Origin: an uncultured bacterium
GTDB taxonomy: Bacteria > Desulfobacterota_D > UBA1144 > Nemesobacterales > UBA2774
Length of the DNA: 64,000 bases
Assembly (NCBI GenBank): GCA_963705505.1
Contig: CAVPJU010000006.1
Coordinates: 64,001 to 128,000 of the forward strand
Direction: 5' to 3'
In this document: in pieces, positions 31,031 to 41,061 of the stretch
Position numbering within the stretch: position 1 is the first letter of the stretch
How the letters are laid out: every line of letters begins with the position of its first letter
Notes under the pieces: generated by a model
Told to the model about the DNA's origin: nothing
Database searches by the model: none
What the model saw: the letters and a program-made list of their open reading frames with translations, nothing else
Translations under genes and position numbers: made by a program

Positions 31031-31782
31031 CCGGCTTTCTCCTTATGTGAATTGAGGTTGCTAATAAACCCTTTGGCCGCATCAAGGAGCTCCACCGGGT
31101 CATCAACTATACGAAGGAGCGCCGATGGCGGAAGCGCGTGAACACCCTCTCTCGTGAAATCGGTCGTGACGGCGATACAGTTCATGTCCGCACCAAGCGC
31201 CGCCTTCACCCCCGAAGCCGAATCTTCGATAACCAGGCTATCGTGATGGGTGACTTTCAGCTCATTCGCAAGCAGTACGTATATCTCGGGATCGGGCTTT
31301 CCGTGCTCGACGTCCTGAATCGTGGCGATGAAATCGAACTCGGACCTTATACCGAGAACATCAAGCACGCGGTCAGCTTCCTCTCTGTGAGACATCGTGC
31401 CGAGCCCCGTGGGGTACCTTTCGTCCCGCGCCCATTTGAGAAGCCCAAGATTGTAGGGGCAGAGGTGCTCCTTTAATATTTCCGGGTCGGATATCATTTT
31501 GAAATACGTGTCGAGCCTTATATCGACGTAAGCCTGCCACGGCGTACGCACACGGAATTCCTTCATTCTCGCCCTTGCCGCGCTCTCGAGGTTAAACCTT
31601 TTGAGAAGCCCTTCGGCAACCTCTTTACGGGAGAGCCCGACGTAGTCCTTGAATGCTTCTATTACTTCGTCTTCGGTCAATGATTTATCGAGCTCGACCG
31701 CAGCCCTGGCGTAGGACTTCGCCTTGAGTACCTCCGTCTGCACGAGCGTGCCGTCAAGATCGAATATCAGCGCCTTAATCAC
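31027..31782 (-). CDS. HAD-family phosphatase (beta-PGM-like)
   Basis: IFDLDGTL, GKPDPEIY, IEDSASG. Confidence 0.9.
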   Translation of the reverse strand: MIKALIFDLDGTLVQTEVLKAKSYARAAVELDKSLTEDEVIEAFKDYVGLSRKEVAEGLLKRFNLESAARARMKEFRVRTPWQAYVDIRLDTYFKMISDPEILKEHLCPYNLGLLKWARDERYPTGLGTMSHREEADRVLDVLGIRSEFDFIATIQDVEHGKPDPEIYVLLANELKVTHHDSLVIEDSASGVKAALGADMNCIAVTTDFTREGVHALPPSALLRIVDDPVELLDAAKGFISNLNSHKEKAG

Positions 31783-31793
31783 TTTTCCTTCTG

Positions 31794-34619
31794 TCAGAGA
31801 ATTTTTGCAAGCCTCTTTATGCCGCTTATCACGTCTTCGCCCAGATGAAACGTTATGACCTTGCGTTTCCCGTCCAGGAGCGCCTGACGGTCGCCGAGGG
31901 CCTCCGCATCTATGAATACTCCGAACGTTATGGACGAGGCCTTCTTGCCGGGCTCATCGGGAATAGGGATGTCCTCAGGCTTATCGGAGGTGAACTGAAT
32001 AAAAAGACCGTTCCCCGCGTCCCCCTTGTGGAGCTGCCCGGTGGAATGTAGGAACCTCGGCCCGAACCCTACGGTCGTGGCCAGACGGTACTGCCTCTGG
32101 ACTTTGTTCCTCAGTTTCTGGAGCGCGTCGTATGTCTCGTCCGTGGGCTTGACGTATGCCTGGAACGCAACGTAGCTCCTGCCCTTGGATTCGTCCCTGC
32201 CGGGTTTGGCGTAGGAGAGGAACTTTTTAAGTGCCTGCTCGAGGCTCGTAGCCCTGAAATCGGAATAAACCGTTATACCGCTTTCCTTGAGGGTCGGCTT
32301 TATCACGGGGAGCTTGCCCTTTTTCTGATATTCGGCGATCATCTTGCGGGCGAGCACCTTTGCGGCCTCCACGTTCGGCTGGTTGAAGGGATGAATGCCT
32401 ATGATCATCCCCGCTATCGCGATCGCCATCTCCCACCTGAAGAACTCTCCCCCTAAGTCGTAAATATCTTTTAAGTTGATGTGCACTACCGGATGGCCCG
32501 CCTTTTCGAGAGCCTTGACCTGCCTGTCGTACGTATCGTCGTGCGCGAGGCGGAGGTATACGAAGAGCCTGTCGTTCGCGTAAAACTCGGGCTGGGCAAG
32601 GGGTTCCCTGTCGACAGGGAGAATCCCTTTTCCGTCCTTGCCGGTGCTCTCGGCTATGAGCTGCTCGACCCAGGAGCCGAAGCCCTGTATGGGAGGAGAG
32701 GCGACGAGCGTTACCTTGTCGTGACCCGCCTTGGCGAGCTCGCCGAGTATAGCGCCCAACCATGCGCCCGAGTTGTCCCCGTCGACAGCGGGGTTGCAGC
32801 TTTCGTTGTTATGGAGCATCGTAACGGCTCTCGATAGGAGCAGATTCAGATCGACTCCCTGAAAAGCTGCGGGGGGAATGCCGACGAACGAGAGCGCCGA
32901 ATAGCGTCCGCCGATGTTGGGGTCGTTTAAAAAGGTCTTTCTGAATTTGAGCTCGTTCGCGATCTTCTGAAGTCCGCTCCCCGGGTCCGTGATGGCTATG
33001 AAATGCCGCCCGGCCTCTTTCTTCCCCACCTCTTTTAAAACCTCGTTATAGAAATATTTCATAAACGAAAGAGTCTCGGCGGTGCCTCCTGATTTCGTAG
33101 AGACGATGAACACGGTCTTTGACATATCGAGCCTTCGCCTCTCCGCAAGCACGGCTCCGGGATCGGTGCTGTCCAGGACCGCGACATCGAGATACCCCTT
33201 TTTGACGCCGTAGGTTTCCCGGAGTACCAACGGGGCGAGGCTCGAACCGCCCATCCCGAGGAGGAGGACGTTCTTGTAGCCGTCAGCCCTCACTTCATCC
33301 ACGACTTTTCTGATTCCCGGAAGGGCGTCAACCATGACCTCGGGTATGTGGAGCCAGCCGAGGCGGTTACTTATCTCGGTCGGGTCGTCTTCCCAGACGA
33401 GGTAATCGAAATTCCATATTTTCTGGATGATATTGTTGTCTCTTATGTTCTCGAGAGCCTTATCGACTGCGGGCTGAAATGCGCCTAACGAAGCGGAATA
33501 CGGTTTTTTGCCCGAAAGTATCTGCTCCTTTTTTTCCTCTATGCTCGACATGAGAGTCTTGAAGGAGTCCGCGAATTGATCCACTCCATCCTTGAGCAGC
33601 CGGTTTGTCACCGCCTTTAAATCTATTCCGAGCTTCCCGAGCTTCGCTATATCCTGCTCTGCCTGCTTCACCCCTCTCGTGAGCGTGAGAGCGGCCTTCC
33701 CGTGATCCCTGAAGTTCTTATATGTGGCAGGGGGAACGGTATTTACAGTGTCGGGCCCTATGAGCTCGTCAACGTATAGCGTATCGGAATAAGCGGGGTT
33801 TTTGGTGCTCGTGCTCGCCCAGAGACACCTCTGCACCCTGGCTCCGGCGTCGGCGAGCTTCTTCCAGCGCTTGCCCTTAAACGTGTTTCTGAACTCGTCA
33901 TAGGCGAGCTTTGCGTTCGCGATTGCGATCCTGCCCTCAAGACCTGTTTTACCGATTTTCTCCAGTTCGGGGTCTATGGCAGTATCGACCCTGCTTACGA
34001 AAAAGGACGCGACAGAGGCGACCCTGTCGACCTTGTGCCCTTTGAATACCGAGGGGCCTTCGGCGGCGAGCTTTTCGAGACCCTTTATGTACGCCTCGGA
34101 CACCGCCCTATACTGCTCGAGGCTGAACATCAGTGTTACGTTCACGTTTATACCGGCGCCGATGAGCTCCGTGATCGCGGGTATGCCCGCTTTGGTCGCA
34201 GGGACTTTGATCATCACGTTCGGGCGCCCCAGCGCGACGAAATATCTCCTCGCTTCCTTGATAGTGTTCTTCGTGTCGTTGGCCAGAGTGGGGCTGACCT
34301 CCAGGCTTATAAACCCGTCCCTGCCGTTCGTCTCGTCGTATAGCGGCCTGAACAGATCGGCAGCCATCGCAATGTCCTTTAAAGCGAGCGCCTCGTATAT
34401 CTCGTTTACGGATTTATTCTCCGCTACGAGAGCCTTGAGGTCTTCGTCGTAATCCGAGCTTCCGGCTATAGCTTTTTCGAGGATCGAAGGGTTCGAGGTT
34501 TCTCCTCTCAAGCCCTCGTCTATCAAAGCCTTGAGCTCTCCCGAGGTGATGAAAGACCTCCTGATATAGTCGTACCAGATCGACTGGCCGAGTTTATTTA
34601 GATCCTTGATTCTGGACAT
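31794..34619 (-). CDS. Bifunctional transaldolase / glucose-6-phosphate isomerase fusion
   Basis: N-terminal Tal motifs ([25 protein letters not shown]) and C-terminal PGI motifs (GMGGSS, SKSGGT-like, [24 protein letters not shown]) in one 941-aa ORF. Confidence 0.95.
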   Translation of the reverse strand: MSRIKDLNKLGQSIWYDYIRRSFITSGELKALIDEGLRGETSNPSILEKAIAGSSDYDEDLKALVAENKSVNEIYEALALKDIAMAADLFRPLYDETNGRDGFISLEVSPTLANDTKNTIKEARRYFVALGRPNVMIKVPATKAGIPAITELIGAGINVNVTLMFSLEQYRAVSEAYIKGLEKLAAEGPSVFKGHKVDRVASVASFFVSRVDTAIDPELEKIGKTGLEGRIAIANAKLAYDEFRNTFKGKRWKKLADAGARVQRCLWASTSTKNPAYSDTLYVDELIGPDTVNTVPPATYKNFRDHGKAALTLTRGVKQAEQDIAKLGKLGIDLKAVTNRLLKDGVDQFADSFKTLMSSIEEKKEQILSGKKPYSASLGAFQPAVDKALENIRDNNIIQKIWNFDYLVWEDDPTEISNRLGWLHIPEVMVDALPGIRKVVDEVRADGYKNVLLLGMGGSSLAPLVLRETYGVKKGYLDVAVLDSTDPGAVLAERRRLDMSKTVFIVSTKSGGTAETLSFMKYFYNEVLKEVGKKEAGRHFIAITDPGSGLQKIANELKFRKTFLNDPNIGGRYSALSFVGIPPAAFQGVDLNLLLSRAVTMLHNNESCNPAVDGDNSGAWLGAILGELAKAGHDKVTLVASPPIQGFGSWVEQLIAESTGKDGKGILPVDREPLAQPEFYANDRLFVYLRLAHDDTYDRQVKALEKAGHPVVHINLKDIYDLGGEFFRWEMAIAIAGMIIGIHPFNQPNVEAAKVLARKMIAEYQKKGKLPVIKPTLKESGITVYSDFRATSLEQALKKFLSYAKPGRDESKGRSYVAFQAYVKPTDETYDALQKLRNKVQRQYRLATTVGFGPRFLHSTGQLHKGDAGNGLFIQFTSDKPEDIPIPDEPGKKASSITFGVFIDAEALGDRQALLDGKRKVITFHLGEDVISGIKRLAKIL

Positions 34620-34692
34620 TGTCTATCTCCCGTTATCAACAAGTTATTCAATTCAAAGGAAACGAATCACGACAACAATTCTTAAATCTACT

Positions 34693-36759
34693 TTATTTTT
34701 TTACGGATTTTTTATTTTTCTTTTTGTCCCCGTACGCAAGAACCTCTTTTGCTTTCGCCACGACGTGGTCGACCGTGAACCCGAACTCGGGGAGGAGGTC
34801 GCCTATCGGAGCGGATTCTCCGAATGTGCTTATGCCTATTACACCGCCCTGGTCGTAGGAACCCACATACCTCCGCCAGCCGAATGTGGAGCCTGCTTCC
34901 ACGGAGACCCTCGCCCGCACGGAGGAGGGGAGGACCTCCTCCCAGTACTCCGCTCCCTGCATCTCGTAAATAGACCAGCAGGGCATGCTTACGACACGCG
35001 CCTTTATCCCCTGTTTTTTGAGCTCCTCGTAGGCACCGAGGCATAACTGGACCTCGGAGCCCGTGCCTATCAGTATTATGTCGGGCTTCGGCTTACTGTC
35101 GGCAAGGATATAAGCGCCCTTCAAAGCGCCTCCGGCAGGGGCGTATACGCTCCTATCGAAGGTGGGGACGTCCTGTCTTGTCAGAATCAACGCGACGGGA
35201 CGGTTTTTCACTTTCATTATGTACTTCCACAATACGCTCAATTCGTTGGCGTCTGCGGGCCTTATCACGTCGAGGTTGGGAATGGCCCGGAGAGACGCCA
35301 GGTGCTCGATAGGCTGATGGGTGGGGCCGTCCTCTCCCAATCCGATACTGTCATGGGTGAATATAAAAATGACTGGATTCTGCATAAGGCAGGCGAGTCT
35401 GAGCGGGGCCCTCATATAATCCGAGAACACGAAATAGGTGGCCGTGTAGGGCCTCAGCTTGCTGAGCGCCATGCCGTTTGCGGCGGCGGCCATGGCGTTC
35501 TCCCGTATTCCGAAGTGAAAGTTCCTGCCGTCGTACACCCCCTTCTCGAAGCTGCCCGCGCCTTCTATGTAGGTTTTTGTCGAAGAGCCGACATCGGCAG
35601 CTCCCCCGAGGAGAAAGGGATACACGGGGACGATAGCATTCAGTATCTTGCTGTTGGCGGAACGCGTCGCGGGGCCCTTCGGGTTTGCGGGAAATACCGG
35701 CAGGCATTTCTCCCACCCCTCGGGCATTTCATGGTTCTGCATCTGGCGGAACTGCTTGGCAAAGTCGGGATATTCGCGTTCATACGAGCTGAATTTCTTA
35801 TTCCATTCGTCTTCGTTAACCGCTCCTTTCCTTATAACCGTCTCTCTATATTGCTTCACCTCTTCAGGCACATAGAATTTCTTGTCGGGGTCCCAGCCGT
35901 AATTTATTTTCGTCTTCCGTATCTCCTCGTCGCCGAGGGGCTCTCCGTGCGCGGCGGAAGTATCCTGTTTATTCGGGCTGCCGTAACCGATATGGCTGTC
36001 GACTATGATAAGGGAAGGCTGCTCGTTCTCCTTGAACGCCCTCTCTATAGCCTCAGCCAGCATCTCGAGGTCGTTCGCATCGCCCACGCGCTGAACGTGC
36101 CAGTTGTATCCCATGAACCTGGCGGCCACGTCTTCGCTGAACGCCAGCGCCGTATGTCCCTCGATGGTTATGTGGTTGTTATCATAAAACCAGATGAGGT
36201 TGCTCAGACCCAGGTGCCCCGCAAGAGAAGCGGCCTCGCCCGATATGCCCTCCATCATGCACCCGTCGCCGTCGATCGCGAATATGTTGTAATTGACGAT
36301 CTCGTGCCCGGGCTTGTTGAAATAAGCAGCGAGCCACCTCTCGGCTATCGCCATACCCACCGATGTGGCGACGCCCTGGCCGAGGGGTCCCGTGGTCGTC
36401 TCGACACCGGGGGCGAGCCCGTACTCGGGGTGACCGGCACACTTGCTGTGGAGCTGTCTGAATGTCTTTATGTCATGGAGCGACAAGTCGTAACCGGTAA
36501 TGTGAAGAAGGCTGTAAAGAAGCATCGATGCATGACCGTTTGAAAGAACGAAGCGGTCACGGTTGGGCCAGTCGGGGTTTTTCGGATTGAATTTCATGAA
36601 CTTATCCCAGATCGTGAACGCAACGGGAGCAAGGGCCATCGGTGTGCCCGGATGACCCGAATTAGCTTTCTGCACCGCGTCCATGGACAGAGTCCTTATG
36701 GTGTTGATTATCAGCTGCTCGAGCTTGTCTCTGTTTATCTTCGGCATCGATTCCATCAT
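34693..36759 (-). CDS. tkt: Transketolase
   Basis: SGHPG, TTGPLGQG, GDGCMMEG, THDSIGLGEDGPTHQP. Confidence 0.98.
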   Translation of the reverse strand: MMESMPKINRDKLEQLIINTIRTLSMDAVQKANSGHPGTPMALAPVAFTIWDKFMKFNPKNPDWPNRDRFVLSNGHASMLLYSLLHITGYDLSLHDIKTFRQLHSKCAGHPEYGLAPGVETTTGPLGQGVATSVGMAIAERWLAAYFNKPGHEIVNYNIFAIDGDGCMMEGISGEAASLAGHLGLSNLIWFYDNNHITIEGHTALAFSEDVAARFMGYNWHVQRVGDANDLEMLAEAIERAFKENEQPSLIIVDSHIGYGSPNKQDTSAAHGEPLGDEEIRKTKINYGWDPDKKFYVPEEVKQYRETVIRKGAVNEDEWNKKFSSYEREYPDFAKQFRQMQNHEMPEGWEKCLPVFPANPKGPATRSANSKILNAIVPVYPFLLGGAADVGSSTKTYIEGAGSFEKGVYDGRNFHFGIRENAMAAAANGMALSKLRPYTATYFVFSDYMRAPLRLACLMQNPVIFIFTHDSIGLGEDGPTHQPIEHLASLRAIPNLDVIRPADANELSVLWKYIMKVKNRPVALILTRQDVPTFDRSVYAPAGGALKGAYILADSKPKPDIILIGTGSEVQLCLGAYEELKKQGIKARVVSMPCWSIYEMQGAEYWEEVLPSSVRARVSVEAGSTFGWRRYVGSYDQGGVIGISTFGESAPIGDLLPEFGFTVDHVVAKAKEVLAYGDKKKNKKSVKK

Positions 36760-37180
36760 GCTTCTCCTTACTAATACATTTTGAGAACGTTTGTTAATCC
36801 TGTATTAAGACCAAAAAATAGTATACGGATTCGGGCGCCGGGCTCGTTTTATTTTAAACGACCGCCGCCGGGTATCCGGGGGCGGCTTCGAATCCCTCAC
36901 GCGGCGGAAACATGCTCTCGGAACTAATACCCTCTTCGGAGTGAATCTCTACGCCGGGGATTAAATTGTCTCCGCGATTAAGCGGAAAGGAGATATAAAT
37001 TCGGAAGTGATTTTCAGCTCCGGGGGGATTATTCACTTTCCCTTGTATTAAGTGCCGAAGAGATTCCCTACGAAACAAGATTCAACCTCGAACAAGCGGA
37101 GTCTAATATTGCGGAAACGAAGAATTTGCTTTCTGCCATTATCACATATCGAATCCGATATTGCAAGAAAAGCCTTGATT

Positions 37181-37951
37181 TTAAAGCTCGGAAGCGAGCG
37201 CGGCGCCGATGATACCCGCGTCGTTAAGCATCTTCGCAGGGACTATCTTGGCTCTAACTTGTATATACGGAAAGAACTTGTCCGACTTTTTGCTGATACC
37301 CCCTCCGATAATTATCAGGTCGGGGGAGAGAAGCTTCTCCATATGCTGTAGATATTTATTCACCCTTTTCCCCCACTTCTTCCAGCTGAGCCCCTCTATC
37401 TCCCTGTGAATCTCGGCCGCCCGCTTCTCCGCATCTTCCCCGTCTATTTCTATATGTCCGAACTCCGTGTTCCGGACGAGATGGCCGTCAACGAAGAGAG
37501 CCGAACCTACTCCCGTCCCCAGGGTCACCATGAGAACGACCCCCCCGCCGTGCAGGTTATATTTTTTCCCGGCGCCGAACTTCATCTCGGCGAGACCCGC
37601 GGAATCCGCATCATTTATGACGGCAGCCCTGCAGGGGGAAATTTTCTCTATCTGGTCCCTGATATTCACCCCTATCCATTTCTTGGACAGGTTCGCAGCC
37701 GTGTAAACCTCACCGCTCTTCATTACGCCGGGGAAACCGCACCCGAGTGCGCCCTCCCATTTCCAGTGGTCGATTATGCCTTTTATAGCCGCGAGCATGC
37801 TTTTAGGGGTCGCCGGATGGGGGGTATCGACGCGGTACCTCTCATCCAGAAGGACTCCCTTCTCGATATCGACGGGGGCGGATTTGATGCCCGTCCCTCC
37901 GATGTCTATTCCGAGTACGGGGGATTTTAATTGAACCGGTTTTTTAGCCAT
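37181..37951 (-). CDS. ppgK: Polyphosphate glucokinase (ROK family)
   Basis: GIDIGGTGIK, TPHPATP, NDAD, TLGTGVGSA, NTEFGH, NDAGIIGAA. Confidence 0.88.
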   Translation of the reverse strand: MAKKPVQLKSPVLGIDIGGTGIKSAPVDIEKGVLLDERYRVDTPHPATPKSMLAAIKGIIDHWKWEGALGCGFPGVMKSGEVYTAANLSKKWIGVNIRDQIEKISPCRAAVINDADSAGLAEMKFGAGKKYNLHGGGVVLMVTLGTGVGSALFVDGHLVRNTEFGHIEIDGEDAEKRAAEIHREIEGLSWKKWGKRVNKYLQHMEKLLSPDLIIIGGGISKKSDKFFPYIQVRAKIVPAKMLNDAGIIGAALASEL

Positions 37952-38137
37952 GTCTCCGCCTTTGCCCAGATGTTTTCTTTCCTTATTCTACACCAATTCG
38001 GTATAAGATTTAAAGAAAGGGGTATATTTTCCCCGGGATCGAAAGAGCCGTGAACCGGGCTTAGCCGTATGCACCCCGTGTGCTATACTCTCGATATCTA
38101 AAATCACGGCGCACGATCGCATAACGCATAAAGAATC

Positions 38138-38852
38138 ATGAAAAAAGCGGCTTTGATAACCGGGGGCGGGACGAGATTAGGCAAAGCTATGGCGCTCGCT
38201 CTGGCTGAGCTGGGGTACGACATCGCCTTACACTATAACAGCTCGGAGAATCACGCCAAGAAGACAGCGGAAGAGATAAAAGCCATAGGAAGAAAGTGTG
38301 AGATATTCAAAGCCGACCTGTCTAATACCAAGGGCATTAAACACTTGACGGTGCGGGTATTCCGCGCGTTTCCAAACTGCTCGCTTCTCATAAATAACGC
38401 GTCGATCTTCGAAGACAGAGATTTTATGGAAGTCACAGAGGAATCGTTCGACCGGGAATTCGCTCTCAACTTCAAGGCTCCTTTCTTCCTGTCCCAGGAA
38501 TTCAGCAGGCGGAAGTCAGCGGAAATAATAGTCAACATGCTCGATACGAGGGTTTCCAAAATCGAGCCCGGACCACTTCGTTTACAACCTGAGCAAGAGA
38601 GCGCTCCGCGACTTTACACTCATGGCGGCTAAGGCTCTGGGGCCTAAAATACGTGTCAACGGAATCTGCCCCGGGCCTATGCTCCCCCCGCCGGGCAAAG
38701 ACATGAAATATCTCAAGCGTATATCAAAAGACACGCCCCTCGGAAAACCGGGGCATCCGGACTTCGTAATAACGGGATTAAAATATATAATCGAGAACAC
38801 GTACGTAACCGGAGAATGCCTCTTCATCGACGGGGGTCAGCACCTCGTCTGA
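38138..38852 (+). pseudogene. Pteridine reductase (FolM/PTR1-like SDR), frameshifted (probably a sequencing error)
   Basis: TGGGTRLG, HYNSS, INNAS. Removing one base at about 38567-38571 restores DHFVYNLSK (YxxxK) and joins ORF 38622..38852. Confidence 0.85.
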
Positions 38853-38864
38853 GGGAACAAGACC

Positions 38865-39212
38865 GTGATAATAAAGATCGAGAACCTGAGATTACGGACC
38901 GTCGTCGGTATCTTCGAGTGGGAGAAGAAGGTCAAGCAGGATATCGTAATAAATATTGAGATCGAGTTCGACGGCACAGAAGCCATAGAGAAGGACGATA
39001 TCGAGTTCACGGTCGATTATAAGTCCATCACGAAAAAAATAATATCCGAAATCGAGGGGAGAGAATTCAATCTCATAGAAAAGATCGCCGGAGACGTCGT
39101 TAAGATAATTCTCGAAGACGGGAGGGTCCGGAGGGCTACGGCAAAGGTCGATAAGCCTGGGGCGCTCCGCTTCGCGGATTCCGTCTCCGTCATACATTCA
39201 GAATCGAGATAA
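38865..39212 (+). CDS. folB: Dihydroneopterin aldolase (FolB/FolX family)
   Basis: VGIFEWEK, TVDY, LIEKIA, KPGA. Confidence 0.88.
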   Translation: MIIKIENLRLRTVVGIFEWEKKVKQDIVINIEIEFDGTEAIEKDDIEFTVDYKSITKKIISEIEGREFNLIEKIAGDVVKIILEDGRVRRATAKVDKPGALRFADSVSVIHSESR

Positions 39213-39230
39213 CCCGCCGGTATCTTACAT

Positions 39231-39622
39231 ATGAAAACCAACAGGGCTGTAATAGGACTCGGCTCCAATATTAATCCCGAAGAAAACATTCGCAAGGCAA
39301 AAGAGGAGATAGCTTCCGTATTGAAACTCGTAAAATCATCCTCATTCGTCGAAACGGAGCCCGTCGGGTTTAAGGAGCAGGATAAGTTCCTGAACGGGGC
39401 TCTCCTCATCGAAACCGATATGGACACCGGGGGCTGAAATCATGGTTAAAGAGCCTGGAGGTAAAACTGGGAAGAGCAAAGACGGACAACAGGGACGGAC
39501 CCAGGACTATAGACCTCGACATACTCGTTTGGAACGGAAAAGTGGTAGATCAGGAAGTCTATGAGCGGGAGTTCTTAAGAGAGTCTATCAAAGAAATCCT
39601 GCCAGAGCTCGATTTATCTTAA
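39231..39622 (+). pseudogene. folK: 6-hydroxymethyl-dihydropterin pyrophosphokinase, frameshifted (probably a sequencing error)
   Basis: IGLGSN, ETEPVG, FLN. One more G in the G5 run at 39429-39433 continues into LKSWLKSLEVKLGR...GPRTIDLDIL, with a stop at 39622. Confidence 0.9.
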
Positions 39623-40161
39623 CCCTGCCTCTTCATCAATTCATTGGACGGCAGACTCGGGTCGAGGACCTTACGTGCTGTTTCCGCTCCCGCTACCGGC
39701 AAATTATCCGCGCTTAATACACCTATTTGAACGAGCACCGTAGCCTGGTCCCAGTAAATATGCTCGCTTGAAATTTTGCCGTCCTTAAACCCGACTATTA
39801 CGACAAGCGGAAGCTCGACCTTTTTTCCTGTCGGAGGTATGCCGGGCAGCATCCAGGGCATTTCCATAATATGTGTGAACTTGAAAATAAGCTCATCGAC
39901 TACGGTGTCGCTGCCGACAGTGCGTGAAACCAGGACGAGTTCGGTATCCGGAGACTGGAACGGAATAAAGTGTTTCGAATAAAAATCGCGGACGTTTTCC
40001 CTGCCGCAGCCCCCGGTCATTACAGGCACGTGATTAACGTGAGGCTCATCGGTCATAGTCCGCATGGTTTCCTCCACATCCTTGGTCTCGAACTCGCACA
40101 TGGTATGCTTTCCCCAAATATCCACCATCTCTTGCTGCTCCGGCGTAAGCTTATTACTCAT
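39619..40161 (-). CDS. SnoaL-like/ester cyclase (NTF2-fold) protein
   Basis: HVNHVPVMTGG, VVDE, WMLPGIPPTG, EHIYWDQATVLVQIG. Confidence 0.85.
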   Translation of the reverse strand: MSNKLTPEQQEMVDIWGKHTMCEFETKDVEETMRTMTDEPHVNHVPVMTGGCGRENVRDFYSKHFIPFQSPDTELVLVSRTVGSDTVVDELIFKFTHIMEMPWMLPGIPPTGKKVELPLVVIVGFKDGKISSEHIYWDQATVLVQIGVLSADNLPVAGAETARKVLDPSLPSNELMKRQG

Positions 40162-40264
40162 TAAACACCTCCCTACCAGTTATGCTCGAATTCTATACTA
40201 TATTCCCTTCATCCGGCTATGCTCAACAAAAAAATCGGGCCGGATCCGGAATTAAATGACACCT

Positions 40265-41005
40265 TCATGAATTCTTCAGGACCCCGAGCGTCTTGTTCAT
40301 GTGATCGTAGTGCGACCCTTTCCAGTAAATTTTGCCACAGTCCGAGCAAATGAAGAATTCGTCGAAGTAAAGGACCGTTTTGGGCTCGAGCCTTTCGAGT
40401 ATCTTTTCCTTCTCGACCGGTACGATAACGCCGTTACACTCTAGGCACCTGTTGAAAGGTTTGATAAGCGAATAGAGACCGAACCTTCTAAGCACTTCTG
40501 TTATCTGCGTTCCGGGATCGTCCGACCTGAGCCAGTAGCCGTGGACTATTGCCTTAAACCTCAGGAGGCGGCGGTCACGGCTGAGCACGATGCGGTTCTC
40601 TCTCTCCGCGAGCCCGGCAACATCGTGATCCGTGTAATCGTTCCTGTAACGAGCATCGAACCCGAGCATCCGCAGGAGCCTCGCAAGCTTCCCGAGGTTG
40701 ACGTCCACGATAAACACGGGGCAGGGATCGCCCCGCAAGAGCACCTTGGAAGGAGCGGCTGAACCCGAGGATACCGGGTATACGGTTACGTCGTCCCCGT
40801 CCCTAAGGTGGTAACCGAACCCGACGGAGGTGCCGTTCACAACTATGGTATCCACTTCGGTGTGAGGGACTCCGATCGCCTCGATCGCATCTTTGACGGA
40901 AGGGTTTCGGTCGAAACCGTAATGTAGCGGGAACTCAATATCGGAGCCGGCAAAGAAATCACGCAACTCCCCTTCAAAATGAAAAAGCGCTTTATATTCA
41001 GGCAT
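40265..41005 (-). CDS. Ubiquitin-like plus Mut7-C (PIN-like) RNase domain protein
   Basis: SVKDAIEAIGVPHTEV, DVNLGKLARLLRMLGFD, LSRDR, RCLECN...CSDCGKIYWKGSH. Confidence 0.9.
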   Translation of the reverse strand: MPEYKALFHFEGELRDFFAGSDIEFPLHYGFDRNPSVKDAIEAIGVPHTEVDTIVVNGTSVGFGYHLRDGDDVTVYPVSSGSAAPSKVLLRGDPCPVFIVDVNLGKLARLLRMLGFDARYRNDYTDHDVAGLAERENRIVLSRDRRLLRFKAIVHGYWLRSDDPGTQITEVLRRFGLYSLIKPFNRCLECNGVIVPVEKEKILERLEPKTVLYFDEFFICSDCGKIYWKGSHYDHMNKTLGVLKNS

Positions 41006-41061
41006 TAATTAACCCTGATGTTTATTTGCAGATAATTATATCCGGCGGAACAGCCGATAGC

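Noticed and set aside
35302..36543. 413-aa + strand ORF, and the similar 26676..27785, 4508..5182, 44378..45172 and 52159..53013
   Set aside because: These are antisense shadows of well-supported genes and have no recognisable motifs.
36760..37180. 420-nt gap between ppgK and tkt as an ncRNA or small gene
   Set aside because: Only one GC hairpin and weak ORFs; nothing I can support.
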